The translations under genes were made by a program, and so were the position numbers. This document shows, in pieces, positions 1 through 9,398 of a DNA stretch of 58,419 nt; within the stretch, counting starts at the first letter, position 1; each line of letters starts with the position of its first letter. The stretch lies in assembly GCA_964630975.1 (NCBI GenBank), contig CAZVVY010000003.1, positions 58,379-116,797 of the forward strand, in the 5' to 3' direction. The stretch is from Candidatus Micrarchaeota archaeon. Its GTDB lineage: Archaea > Micrarchaeota > Micrarchaeia > Norongarragalinales > Norongarragalinaceae. The notes under the pieces were generated by a model. The model was not told the DNA's origin. It did no database searches and saw nothing but the letters and a program-made list of their open reading frames with translations.

Positions 1-54
1 ACAGCAAGCGGAGTCAAGAAAACGATTTGGGTTTTGGGCGTAATCAAAGGCTAA
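1..54 (+). CDS. Possible 3' end of a gene entering from outside the window (...TASGVKKTIWVLGVIKG*)
   Basis: Frame 1 is open from position 1 to TAA at 52-54; it converges on the 2144-aa gene. No upstream context is available. Confidence 0.35.
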   Translation, partial: TASGVKKTIWVLGVIKG

Positions 55-145
55 AATCCTCCGTAAACGGAAATCGTTTTCGTGGACGCGACAGCAAGCG
101 GAGTCAAGAAAACGATTTGGGTTTTGGGCGTAATCAAAGGCTAAA
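1..145. repeat. Exact 55-bp direct repeat (1-55 = 91-145) with a 35-bp spacer carrying an inverted-repeat arm
   Basis: acagcaagcg...aaaggctaaa occurs twice, 90 bp apart. gaaaacgattt (18-28, 108-118) is complementary to aaatcgttttc (71-81). Confidence 0.95.
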
Positions 146-150
146 CATTC

Positions 151-3100
151 CTAGGAGCAGTAGAACCCGTAATTGCCTTTCACGTTGTTCCACGAGCAGG
201 TTCCGCTCGAACACGTTTCCGCGTCGCGGGTGGGAATGCAGGCCTCGCCGAAATTAAACATCGAGTCGTGCAAGCACAACTTGAACGTTACTCCGAGCGC
301 GTCGGATTCCAAGCCGCCGCCGTCGGTCTTCAAGGGGCGCTCGCATTGGCCGTAGGCAACGCGGTCCATCCATTCAATCAAGGGTAAGTTGGTTTCGCGG
401 TCTTCGTAATTGAATTCCTTTTTCAACTCACTCAATTGATTTTCGTTCAAGTCGGCTCCTGAAACCTCGAGTTCATTGTTTTCGTCCCAGCCGTGGAAGT
501 TCAACGTAAACCATTGTCCATCTAACTCCCACTCGTACCACCATTTGTCGCGGCTGAACTGCCCGGATTCGGACGGGTAGCCGCCGTCGGTTCTCGTGGC
601 TAACACGAAACACCCGTCGCCTTGTTTTCCGGCATAAGAGTTGCCTTCGAAAACGTAGTAAGTGTTGGCCCCGGGCTCCGAAGGCGCGTCCACCCAGTAC
701 TGCACGGGCTCTTGAGTGGTGCAATCCCACAAGCACCGGTTTTCCACCATGCACTCAACCCACTCGCGTTGGCCGGACTTGGAAGAGCAGGCACCCGAAC
801 AAGCCGCGGAATCGCCGCTTGACGGTGAAGAGCCGCCGCCGCACCACGCCTCGGAGTAATCCTCGTTGAACTGGATGTTGCACGGCGCTTCGGCATCCTC
901 GAACAAGAAGTATTCGATTAGTTGCCGGGCGTCGTCGCCGCCGTAGTGCAAGCGCCTGCCTTCAACCTTCAAGTAAGCTTCGTAAGTGGGGGGGGTTGAA
1001 GTGATGGAAACCGCTTTTATGAGCGTTGACTCGCCGGCGATTGCTTTCTCGTCGCGGTCGAACCCTTCGAGTGTGCCCCAGTCGAAGCCGTGCTTGTTCA
1101 TCGTCAGCAGGTTAGGCGAGCCGTATTCACCCCACTCCACTTCTCCGCTTTTCGAGACGAATGGGTAGGGTAGGGCGGTGAACGCCGGGAATTGCGTGCC
1201 CGAATAATCGAAGGCGTCCAGAAACAAGTTCAACGCGTTGGTCTTCGATGGCCCGGTCAAGGGCGTCTCGTAAATCGAGTTCCAAGGCGTGCCGTCTATT
1301 TCGTCGACGAGAACCCAGTCACTCGAGCCTTCGCCGAACGAGTTTGCGGGGTCGAACTTGAATTGAAGCAGGCGGATTCCTCCTTTTTCGCCGTTCTTCG
1401 AAGTTTCACCGCTTGATTTTACTGGCACTATGACTTTCAAGTCGCTCAAATCGATTATGGGTTCCAAGTGTTGGAGCGTGCCTTCGCGGGGCGTAAGCAT
1501 TCCTTGCAACCCGTTCTTGAACGAAGCCCAGAATTGGGGGCCGTATTGTTGGGAGGAGCCCGACAAGTAATTGAATAATTGGGAGTTGCAGGAAGTGAAC
1601 GAGAACGCGTCGCCGTACACTTCGCTGAACGACCCCGAAGCGGTTTGCGGAGACGTCAAGTCGTAAGAGCACGACGCCTGCAAGTCGGCGATCGGGTCGA
1701 CTCCGATTGCCTTGCAAGCCGCATAAGTCGCTTTGGCGGCAACGAAGTCCGCTATTGCGTCGTCGAGCGCCTTCTCGAATACGTCGGCCGAGCCGCGCAC
1801 CAGTGATGCCTCGTCAACTTTGTCGAGGCCGTCGTAAAACTCTTGGTAAGCATCGCTGACTTCGCTTTCTATCTCGGACTTCACTTCCTCGATTTCTTCG
1901 GGAGTGCAATAACCGGTGCGCGAACAGCGCAGCAAGCCTTCGCCGTCCGAACCGGGCGCGCCGATTACGTCGGCCGAGCCGCTTTCAGCCGGCGATGACT
2001 TGAGGAACGCTTCTCCGACTTCTTCGGAGCCGCGCTTAACGGTCAGCGACCCGTCTTTCGACAATTCGGATTCCGAGTACGCCCAGCTCAGCGGGGGCAA
2101 CTCCATTGAAGGGTCGAGGGAATCGCCCGAAACCTTCAAAGTCGCTTCGTCGCCCCCGGTTTGAACGTTGTTCACGCCGAGCACGGGCTCTTTTGCATCG
2201 GGGTTGCGGTAAACCGCTTCGCCGCCGAGCGGCATCAGTACGAGGCCCAGCTCGGACAAGGAATCGTCTTCCGTAATCTTCAACTTGATTCGGACTTCGC
2301 TGCCCGCAAAACCCGAAGTGCCCACCTTCAACTCTATTGTCCACGGCTCGGAGTGGCTGATTGACAGCCCGCCGGACTCGTCGAAAACGTATTCGAGGCA
2401 ACCGCCCTGCGACGGGTCGAAAATGATTGCATAAGTGCGGTACTGGTTGGCGGGAAGCAAAAGCGCTTCGCTTCCGACGTCCACCAAATTGGTTACCAGC
2501 GAGCGCAGCGAGGGCTTGTCGCGCTCCAAGTCGATTACCTTGAAGCACTTTTCGCTGCCGCCCTTCACGAATATCTGGGCGTCCTGGCCGAACGAGTTCT
2601 GCACCGAGAAAGCGATTCCGTTAGTTGGAATTAGCGCGCTTATTTCCTTCTCACAGTTGAGCGAAGACGTTCCTTCGCACCCGTTTCCCCCTGCTGAAAC
2701 CCGTATTCCGTAAGGCGAAACCACTACGTAGTTGTCGGCGGTCGAAGCAATGTAGCGCGACGACTCGGAGGGGTTGAATATTTGGTTGGAGTGGTATTGG
2801 GCGAGGCGGCGCGCGAGAATCGACTTGAAGTCGAAGTTGGCGGCGACGCACTCGTCTTTAGAGAATCGGGTGCACGAAGTGAATGCTTGCGAGCCGTTGA
2901 AGTAATTGCCGTACTCGGCCAGGCACGCCCCTTCTTCTTGAAGCTCGAGGCACTCTTCTTCGCCGCATAACCCGCAGTTTTCGGCGGAACAAGTTTCTTC
3001 GGCTAAGCCCGCGGTAGTCTCGTTTAGCAGGCAGCCGAGGAACGAAGAGTTCCCGTCCGACAAGACCGCGTAATCAGGGTAACAATAATTTCCTTTCTCC

Positions 3101-6100
3101 ATCAAGTCCAGGCACTGCCCTTCACTGCAAGCCCCGCAGTTCGCGGAAGAACAGTTTTCGGGGCCTTCGTCCGGCTTCAACTCCCCGCACGAAACGTCGA
3201 TTACGCCCGTCTTGGTGAAAGCCGAGCCGCTCGACTCCAAAACCGAGTTGAACGACAAGTAACACTTGCCGTACTTGGCGGGCTCCAAAAACAATTGGGC
3301 TTCTCCCAAGCCGTTTATTGAAAGAGAGTACTCGTTTTCGCCTTCGTATTCCAAGCCGGGCCCGCTCAACGAAGCACACGCTTCCCCATCAAAGGACGCG
3401 AGCACTTCGACTTCGGATTCCAACAAGTTTTCCACGCGAAGCGAAGCCCCGCTGCAATCCAATTCGATTGTTCCGAAGCCGGGGTAAAACTCGAGCCAAT
3501 CCAATGCCTTGACCGGTATTTCCCGCACTGCATCCGCAAACCCCGGTTTTTCCGCGACTACTTCTATTACTCCGGGCGCGCCCGGAACCAAGTTGTCGAA
3601 CTCGTACTTGCCGTCTTCTCCGGCTCCGCGCGAGCCGTCGCCCGCAACGAAGTAGTCGCCGTTGGGCGAGGAAGAGAAGGGGTAGCCTTCGACTTCAACG
3701 ATTTCGATTCGCGCGTCCTCGATTGGCGCGCCGCTCTTGGACGCGAGCGTGGCCGCCAACCCGGACCTCTTGCCGACGACGAGTTCGCCGGGCTTGACCG
3801 CGAAAACGAATTCGCCTTTTCCGGTGATGGTGACGAAGCGTTGGGCGCGCAGGAGTTCGCCGTCCGAATGACCCAAAACGAATTCGATTAAGGCGTAATC
3901 GGAAGGCATTCCGGTAAGCGCCTTGAACGCCAGCGAGTCCGAACCCAACTCGTCGAGGGCGAGGTTAACGGTAAACGAGTCCGAACCCAATTCCTTGGAG
4001 GAATTGGATTTCAAGAACTCGGTGAACAACACTTGCCCGTCGGGCGCCGAAACCTTGAGGTACGGCGATGAAACCGATTCGAATACGCGGGCTTCAACGA
4101 CCGCCGCGAACTCGCGGTCCACTTCAACGGGCAACCCGTTGGGCAGTCGCCTGTCGCTGGTTGACAACTCTATTGCCAGGCAAGCGTCCTCGTTGCAGGT
4201 CGCCGAACCGGATACGACGTCGAACGACTTCGTTTCGGTCAAGGCACGACACGACTCCTTGGAGCCGGCGGACTCGCCGTCACCCAAAACGGGGTCTACG
4301 GGTTCGCGGAACCAGTAACCGTTTTTTTCGGCGAAAGCACGGTAATCGAATGAAACGCTTCCCTTTGCTTCTGGGCTTATGAAAACCTTGGCTGAAAGCG
4401 TGCGAACGCCGAATCCTTCCTCGAACTCGGCCGAAACCCATTTTTCTTCGCCGCCGGCCACGTCGGACTCGTCCTCGAAACAAGAGTATTCGGGGCGGAA
4501 ATAATCTCCGAACGAAAAAATCGCTCCTTCGGCCCCGCTCCAAGACGTTATCACCGCTTGCGAGCCTTCAACGCCTCCCTGCCCGCCGGCCAACAAGAAG
4601 AAACCGCTTTTTTCCACTTCCGAAGGTAGGGACACGGTCAACAAGGCGCGGTAAAACCTTCCTTTTTCGACTACTTCCACGGGCTCGAAGGTTGCGGCGT
4701 CCACCAACTCGAACGAAATCAGCGACAACTCTTCGGAATAGCTTGCCGGAACCAGTTGAACGGTTTTCGCGGCTTCCTGCCCGGTCGACAAAACGATTTC
4801 CTCGGACTCGTAATCGGAGTAATCGTCGTCCAAAACCTTCAATATTACGGGCTTGTTCGCGCGCACTTCGAGGCGGCACGAAACGTTGGTCGAGCCGGCG
4901 CCGGTCCTGCACGAAGAACTTTTTTCGCCGTCAAGAAAAGCTTCAACGGTGACGGCGACGTTGCGCCTCGGCTGCTCGGTCGCGTCGACCGCGCCGACTT
5001 TCAGGTAAGCGTAAGTGGGCTCCAGCCAAACGGTTGAATCGGCTTCGTCGGAAACCGTTACTTCAAAGGCGTCGCCTTCGCCTGAAGCCGAGCCCTTGCG
5101 CGCGAGCCCCCTGAACTCTCGGAGGGGCAAGGCGTTGAACGACGCGGTTCCGTCGTCCAAGGTTTCCGCTTCGGGGACGCCCGACCGGAAGCCGTCGGCC
5201 GTAAGCAGGGAAACGCGGGCAAACGGCACTTTGTCGCCTTCCGGGTCGCGCACCGTAATGGTTGCGGCGCCGTTGTTTCCGGGAACCGTTTTTTCGAGGA
5301 CTACGTTCAACTCGTCTCCCTCGGAAACCAGTTTCTCCAAGTGAGGCAGGAACCCTTCAACGAAAACGGTTACGTACCCCTTCGTATTCGAGGCAACCTC
5401 CATTTCGGCGGCGCCGAAGTCGTTGGTGGAAGTGGAAGCCAGCAAGGACAACGGGTTCTCCAAAGAGTAAAGGCTTACCCTCGCTCCCGCCAGTTCCGCG
5501 CCTTCCTCGTCGGCTACCGAAACGGTTATTGATCCGGCGCTCGCCTCACCCTTCTCCTGCAGGTTGAGGCGGAACTCGATGCCGCCGACGGCAACGATTT
5601 GAATGCCGTCGAAGCCAGGGTAATCCCAGTAAGAAGTGTCGTCAGGCGAAAAAGAGGCGTACACGCGGGTGCCGACGGCAACCGATTCAAATAAGGCGGC
5701 GCCGTCTTCCCCGGCAAACTTTTGGTTGAGCAACTGCCCGGTCGCCGCGTCGAATAAGGAAGCCTTGCCGCTAACGCCGCGTCCATCCGCGCCTTTTGCG
5801 CGCACTACCACGGAAGCGGTCGCCTCCTTTTTTCCTCCTTCGTCAACGGGAGCGGTTTCTTCGGCCTTCAACTCGACGAAACACGTTCCCTGCGAAGCGA
5901 AACACGTCTTCGACTCTTCGACGAAGCCGTTGCGGCGAATCGTCAACTTGAATATTTCGGAGCCGTCCTCGAACTCGAGGAAGGCGTTGCCCGAAGCGTC
6001 CGTGGAGCGCTCCAAGCGCTCGCCCGTGGACGGGTCCGCGAACAACAATGCCGCGCCGCCGACCGGGGCGCCTTGCGCGTTGGCAACGGTAACCGTCAAC

Positions 6101-6585
6101 TCCGGCTTTTCGGCTTCCAACGACGAAAGGGTTACCTGCTTCAACAACGCGCTTGCACCCTCCCCCAACTCCAGTGCAAAATCGGTTACCGCCGCTTCAT
6201 ACCCTTCCAATGAAACGCGTAAGCTCGCATCGGTTCCGGGAGGCAAAGAGTCGAAGCGCGCCGAACCCGAGGAATCCGTGGTTTTTTCAACTGAATCTTC
6301 GCCGTAATAAAGGGTTACTCTGGCTCCGGCGAGGGGTTCGCCGCCCGAAGACGAGACAACGACTTGCACCGGCACGCCCGACGGCGGCCGTAAGAGGAAT
6401 GCCGCACCCAAAACCGCGAAAAGCAGTAGGATAACGGCGATTGGAAAAGAAGGGACGCCCCTCCCTTCAAGAGGGGTCACGAACCAATCGTAAACCTTTA
6501 AGCCGCTTTCCTGCAGCTTGTCCATAAGGGAATAATACTTTTCTTCCAACGAGAAGTAAAACCCGTTCCCGCCTTCGTCACTCAT
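151..6585 (-). CDS. Giant (2144 aa) membrane-anchored acidic surface protein with repeated carboxypeptidase-regulatory-like/prealbumin-like beta modules and Cys-rich repeats
   Basis: N-terminal TM (PSFPIAVILLLFAVLGAAFLL) and about 5-6 repeats of a V.V.d..G.pv.gA.V.l...g.......TD..G.a.f pattern; acidic composition; CxxxNCGxCxExxCL duplicated. Confidence 0.8.
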   Translation of the reverse strand: MSDEGGNGFYFSLEEKYYSLMDKLQESGLKVYDWFVTPLEGRGVPSFPIAVILLLFAVLGAAFLLRPPSGVPVQVVVSSSGGEPLAGARVTLYYGEDSVEKTTDSSGSARFDSLPPGTDASLRVSLEGYEAAVTDFALELGEGASALLKQVTLSSLEAEKPELTVTVANAQGAPVGGAALLFADPSTGERLERSTDASGNAFLEFEDGSEIFKLTIRRNGFVEESKTCFASQGTCFVELKAEETAPVDEGGKKEATASVVVRAKGADGRGVSGKASLFDAATGQLLNQKFAGEDGAALFESVAVGTRVYASFSPDDTSYWDYPGFDGIQIVAVGGIEFRLNLQEKGEASAGSITVSVADEEGAELAGARVSLYSLENPLSLLASTSTNDFGAAEMEVASNTKGYVTVFVEGFLPHLEKLVSEGDELNVVLEKTVPGNNGAATITVRDPEGDKVPFARVSLLTADGFRSGVPEAETLDDGTASFNALPLREFRGLARKGSASGEGDAFEVTVSDEADSTVWLEPTYAYLKVGAVDATEQPRRNVAVTVEAFLDGEKSSSCRTGAGSTNVSCRLEVRANKPVILKVLDDDYSDYESEEIVLSTGQEAAKTVQLVPASYSEELSLISFELVDAATFEPVEVVEKGRFYRALLTVSLPSEVEKSGFFLLAGGQGGVEGSQAVITSWSGAEGAIFSFGDYFRPEYSCFEDESDVAGGEEKWVSAEFEEGFGVRTLSAKVFISPEAKGSVSFDYRAFAEKNGYWFREPVDPVLGDGESAGSKESCRALTETKSFDVVSGSATCNEDACLAIELSTSDRRLPNGLPVEVDREFAAVVEARVFESVSSPYLKVSAPDGQVLFTEFLKSNSSKELGSDSFTVNLALDELGSDSLAFKALTGMPSDYALIEFVLGHSDGELLRAQRFVTITGKGEFVFAVKPGELVVGKRSGLAATLASKSGAPIEDARIEIVEVEGYPFSSSPNGDYFVAGDGSRGAGEDGKYEFDNLVPGAPGVIEVVAEKPGFADAVREIPVKALDWLEFYPGFGTIELDCSGASLRVENLLESEVEVLASFDGEACASLSGPGLEYEGENEYSLSINGLGEAQLFLEPAKYGKCYLSFNSVLESSGSAFTKTGVIDVSCGELKPDEGPENCSSANCGACSEGQCLDLMEKGNYCYPDYAVLSDGNSSFLGCLLNETTAGLAEETCSAENCGLCGEEECLELQEEGACLAEYGNYFNGSQAFTSCTRFSKDECVAANFDFKSILARRLAQYHSNQIFNPSESSRYIASTADNYVVVSPYGIRVSAGGNGCEGTSSLNCEKEISALIPTNGIAFSVQNSFGQDAQIFVKGGSEKCFKVIDLERDKPSLRSLVTNLVDVGSEALLLPANQYRTYAIIFDPSQGGCLEYVFDESGGLSISHSEPWTIELKVGTSGFAGSEVRIKLKITEDDSLSELGLVLMPLGGEAVYRNPDAKEPVLGVNNVQTGGDEATLKVSGDSLDPSMELPPLSWAYSESELSKDGSLTVKRGSEEVGEAFLKSSPAESGSADVIGAPGSDGEGLLRCSRTGYCTPEEIEEVKSEIESEVSDAYQEFYDGLDKVDEASLVRGSADVFEKALDDAIADFVAAKATYAACKAIGVDPIADLQASCSYDLTSPQTASGSFSEVYGDAFSFTSCNSQLFNYLSGSSQQYGPQFWASFKNGLQGMLTPREGTLQHLEPIIDLSDLKVIVPVKSSGETSKNGEKGGIRLLQFKFDPANSFGEGSSDWVLVDEIDGTPWNSIYETPLTGPSKTNALNLFLDAFDYSGTQFPAFTALPYPFVSKSGEVEWGEYGSPNLLTMNKHGFDWGTLEGFDRDEKAIAGESTLIKAVSITSTPPTYEAYLKVEGRRLHYGGDDARQLIEYFLFEDAEAPCNIQFNEDYSEAWCGGGSSPSSGDSAACSGACSSKSGQREWVECMVENRCLWDCTTQEPVQYWVDAPSEPGANTYYVFEGNSYAGKQGDGCFVLATRTDGGYPSESGQFSRDKWWYEWELDGQWFTLNFHGWDENNELEVSGADLNENQLSELKKEFNYEDRETNLPLIEWMDRVAYGQCERPLKTDGGGLESDALGVTFKLCLHDSMFNFGEACIPTRDAETCSSGTCSWNNVKGNYGFYCS

Positions 6586-6622
6586 AAGTAAGTTATAGGC
6601 GTTCCAGACTATAAATATTGTA

Positions 6623-7063
6623 ATGAACGCGCCGGCCCACCTCGCAATCGGGTTGCTAGCGGGGCTCGCCGTACCCGCCGCTTTAGGCCTGCCGATAACC
6701 CTTCAAAGCGTTGCCGCCGCGGCCTTGGGTTCGCTCCTGCCCGACGCCGACCACCACAAAACGAAGATGTTCAAAATCGTTTGCCTGGCAATCGGAATCG
6801 CGGCGTCCTACTTGGCCCTTTCGCCATTCAAGCAAGGCCTCGGCCAAACCAACGGCTCGCTCGCCGCATTCGCCTTTGGCACGGCCGCCGCGCTTTCCTA
6901 CGCCGCATTCAAGCCGAGGCACCGCGGCATAACGCACACCCTTCTCGCCGCCGTAATATTCGGTGCGGCACTATACTTTGCCTCCGGAACCGCGGTCGCG
7001 GTTGCCGGGTTCACCGCTTACTTGTCGCACTTGCTGGCCGACAAGCAAATCAAAACCTTTTAA
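6623..7063 (+). CDS. Membrane-bound metal-dependent hydrolase (YdjM-like)
   Basis: Motifs H(L)..G, GSLLPDADH, HRGITHT and YLSHLLAD in a hydrophobic 146-aa protein. Confidence 0.85.
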   Translation: MNAPAHLAIGLLAGLAVPAALGLPITLQSVAAAALGSLLPDADHHKTKMFKIVCLAIGIAASYLALSPFKQGLGQTNGSLAAFAFGTAAALSYAAFKPRHRGITHTLLAAVIFGAALYFASGTAVAVAGFTAYLSHLLADKQIKTF

Positions 7064-7204
7064 AAATCTGCGGTTTCACTCATTTACGTAACGCTCGACG
7101 AGCTAATCCCTTACGCGAAGTGCAACGGCCACGAACAATTCACGAGCATAGGCATAATCGCCGGGGTTTGCGCGGCGATGTGCCTGACAACGTGGTTCGC
7201 CTAG
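7064..7204 (+). pseudogene. C-terminal remnant of a ZIP/ZupT-family metal transporter
   Basis: Start-less frame KSAVSLIYVTLDELIPYAKCNGHEQFTSIGIIAGVCAAMCLTTWFA* matches the ZIP TM7-TM8 pattern (Y.x.xELiP...G...G). Not in the ORF track. Confidence 0.65.
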
Positions 7205-7236
7205 TATTTTATTTTGCACGCGGCTAAATGATAATC

Positions 7237-8958
7237 ATGCAGTACTCGCTTGTTGCCGACACGTTCCTCGAACTGGAAAAAACTTCTTCGCGCCTCGAAA
7301 CCACCGAAAAACTCGCGGGATTATTCAAGCAAGCGTCTCCCGAAGAAGCCGCAAAAATAGTTTACTTTCTTCAAGGCATCGTCGCGCCGCCGTACAGCGG
7401 AGTAGACCTCGGCGTAGCCGAAAAGCTTTGCGAACAAGCCATAACCAAGGCGTCGGGCGGCACCCAAAAAGAATTATTATCGCTTTACCGCAAGGCCGGC
7501 GACTTAGGCGAAGCCGCGCGCCTCCTCCTCCAAAAAAAACCCCAGCAAACCCTGGCCGGTCGCGCCGAACTCACGGCGTCCAAGGTATTCGACAACTTGT
7601 ACCGCGTTGCAACCGCTTCGGGGGAGGGAAGCCAGGACAAGAAAATAGGTTTGCTTTCGGAATTGTTGTCGAATGCTTCGCCCGACGAAGCCAAAACCAT
7701 CGTCAGGTTCGTCGCGGGTACGGCGCGAATGGGTGCCGGCAACTCCACGATAATCGACGCGCTGTCATACGTTTACTCGGAGAAAAAGGAGGCGAGTAAG
7801 CGCATAGAGCGCGCCTTCAACCTCACCTCCGACCTGGGAGCAATAGCCGAAGCCCTGGCACGAAAAGGTTTGGGGGCGGTGGAAGGCGTGAAGCCCGAGC
7901 CATTCAAACCGGTGCGGCCGGCGCTCGCCGAACGCCTCAATTCGGCGCGGGAAATAATGGATAAGCTCGGTAAATGCAAGGCGGACGGCAAGTACGACGG
8001 GATGCGCCTGCAAATACATTGCGACGGCGAAAAAGTCGGGATTTACTCCCGCAAGCAGGAAGTCATAACGCATATGTTTCCGAGTGTTGCCCGCGAAGTC
8101 GCGTCGTGGAAAAAGAAAATAATTTTCGAGGGCGAAGCCGTCGGCTACAAGGGCGGCGCCTTCCTGTCCTTCCAGGAAACCGTTAAGCGCAGGCGCAAGC
8201 ACGGAGTCGAAAAGAAGTCGGGTGAAATACCGGTGCGCGTGTACGCCTTCGAACTCCTTTACTTGGGCGGCGACGACTACACGTTGAAGCCGTACTCGGA
8301 GCGGAGAAAAGCGCTCGAAAAAGCTGTTGAAGGCGGCGAAATGATTCGAGTGGCTCGAGCCTTTGACTGCAAGGACGCCGAAGACCTCGAAAACTTTTTC
8401 AACGAATGCGTTTCCCGAGGCCTTGAAGGGGTAATAGCCAAGGACTTGAACGCGCCATACGTTGCCGGAGCCAGAAAATTCGCGTGGATAAAATTGAAGA
8501 AATCGTATTCCGAGGCGTTGGCGGACACCGTGGACGCCGCGGTAGTCGGCTATTATTACGGCAAGGGCAAGCGCACTCAATTCGGTTTGGGCGGCATCCT
8601 CGCCGCCGTCAAGGCAGGCAACAAATACCGCACAGTCGCCAAAATCGGGACGGGCTTCACCGAAGAACAGCTCGCGTGGTTCAGGAAAACACTCGAAAAA
8701 GAAAAAGTGCAACAAAAGCCTTCCAACGTCGAATCCGAGTTGGAGCCGGACGAGTGGGTGAAGCCGCGGTTGGTCGTCGAAGTCAAAGCGGACGAAATAA
8801 CTTCAAGCCCCGTACACACGTGCGCCCGCAAAGGCGGCGAAGGGCTCGCCCTCCGCTTCCCGCGGCTCGTGCGCGTGCGCGAAGACAAGTCGGTTTCGGA
8901 AGCGACAAACGAAAAAGAAGTAATCCAATTATACGAAAAACAACGACAATCAACGTAG
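7237..8958 (+). CDS. lig: ATP-dependent DNA ligase
   Basis: Motif I KYDG, FEGEA, EGVIAK, W.KLK and the C-terminal OB domain LRFPR; archaeal type with N-terminal DBD. Start could be 7228. Confidence 0.97.
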   Translation: MQYSLVADTFLELEKTSSRLETTEKLAGLFKQASPEEAAKIVYFLQGIVAPPYSGVDLGVAEKLCEQAITKASGGTQKELLSLYRKAGDLGEAARLLLQKKPQQTLAGRAELTASKVFDNLYRVATASGEGSQDKKIGLLSELLSNASPDEAKTIVRFVAGTARMGAGNSTIIDALSYVYSEKKEASKRIERAFNLTSDLGAIAEALARKGLGAVEGVKPEPFKPVRPALAERLNSAREIMDKLGKCKADGKYDGMRLQIHCDGEKVGIYSRKQEVITHMFPSVAREVASWKKKIIFEGEAVGYKGGAFLSFQETVKRRRKHGVEKKSGEIPVRVYAFELLYLGGDDYTLKPYSERRKALEKAVEGGEMIRVARAFDCKDAEDLENFFNECVSRGLEGVIAKDLNAPYVAGARKFAWIKLKKSYSEALADTVDAAVVGYYYGKGKRTQFGLGGILAAVKAGNKYRTVAKIGTGFTEEQLAWFRKTLEKEKVQQKPSNVESELEPDEWVKPRLVVEVKADEITSSPVHTCARKGGEGLALRFPRLVRVREDKSVSEATNEKEVIQLYEKQRQST

Positions 8959-8986
8959 GAAAACATCGTTAATAAGCTGTTTTCCC
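8957..8986 (+). terminator. Possible hairpin directly after the lig stop
   Basis: ggaaaaca...tgttttcc inverted repeat. Confidence 0.3.
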
Positions 8987-9024
8987 TAATGAGGACATAC
9001 ATCCATTGAATTGGAGGTGCAAGA

Positions 9025-9372
9025 ATGGGTAAGGAAGTAAATGCAATCGGGCCGTGGGCATTCATCGCGGGAATCGTGATAGCGCTCTTGGCCGCGTTCG
9101 TAACCGGAATGGATTCCACCATCCTGCTGGTACTCACCGTACTCGGCCTCATAGTGGGAGTCCTGAACGTGGGCGACAAGGAAGTGTTGAAGTTCCTCGT
9201 GGGAACAATCGCGTTCATCGTGGCGGGCAGCAGCCTCAACCCGATATTCGCGTTGATACCCGGAATCGGCGCGCAATTGTCGACCGCAATGAGTTACCTC
9301 GTGACCTTCGTGTCGCCGGCAGCCGCGGTAGTGGCAATCAAAGCGGTCTACGAAGTTTCGAAGGATCACTAA
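9025..9372 (+). CDS. Small multi-pass membrane protein of unknown function
   Basis: GGAGGTG RBS; 3-4 hydrophobic segments (G.WAFIAG, GLIVGVLNV, FVSPAA). Confidence 0.8.
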   Translation: MGKEVNAIGPWAFIAGIVIALLAAFVTGMDSTILLVLTVLGLIVGVLNVGDKEVLKFLVGTIAFIVAGSSLNPIFALIPGIGAQLSTAMSYLVTFVSPAAAVVAIKAVYEVSKDH

Positions 9373-9398
9373 ACGCCTTTTTTCTTTTAATTTTTTTT

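Noticed and set aside
1-145. CRISPR array (repeat-spacer-repeat)
   Set aside because: Only two copies, the 55-bp unit is longer than typical CRISPR repeats, it reads as a coding 3' end, and no cas genes are present.
7765-8715. Long antisense or alternative-frame ORFs (also 23794-24924, 29406-30383, 31406-32590, 37558-38910, 45461-46588)
   Set aside because: They overlap well-supported housekeeping genes or rnpB and are typical shadows in GC-rich DNA; no motifs.
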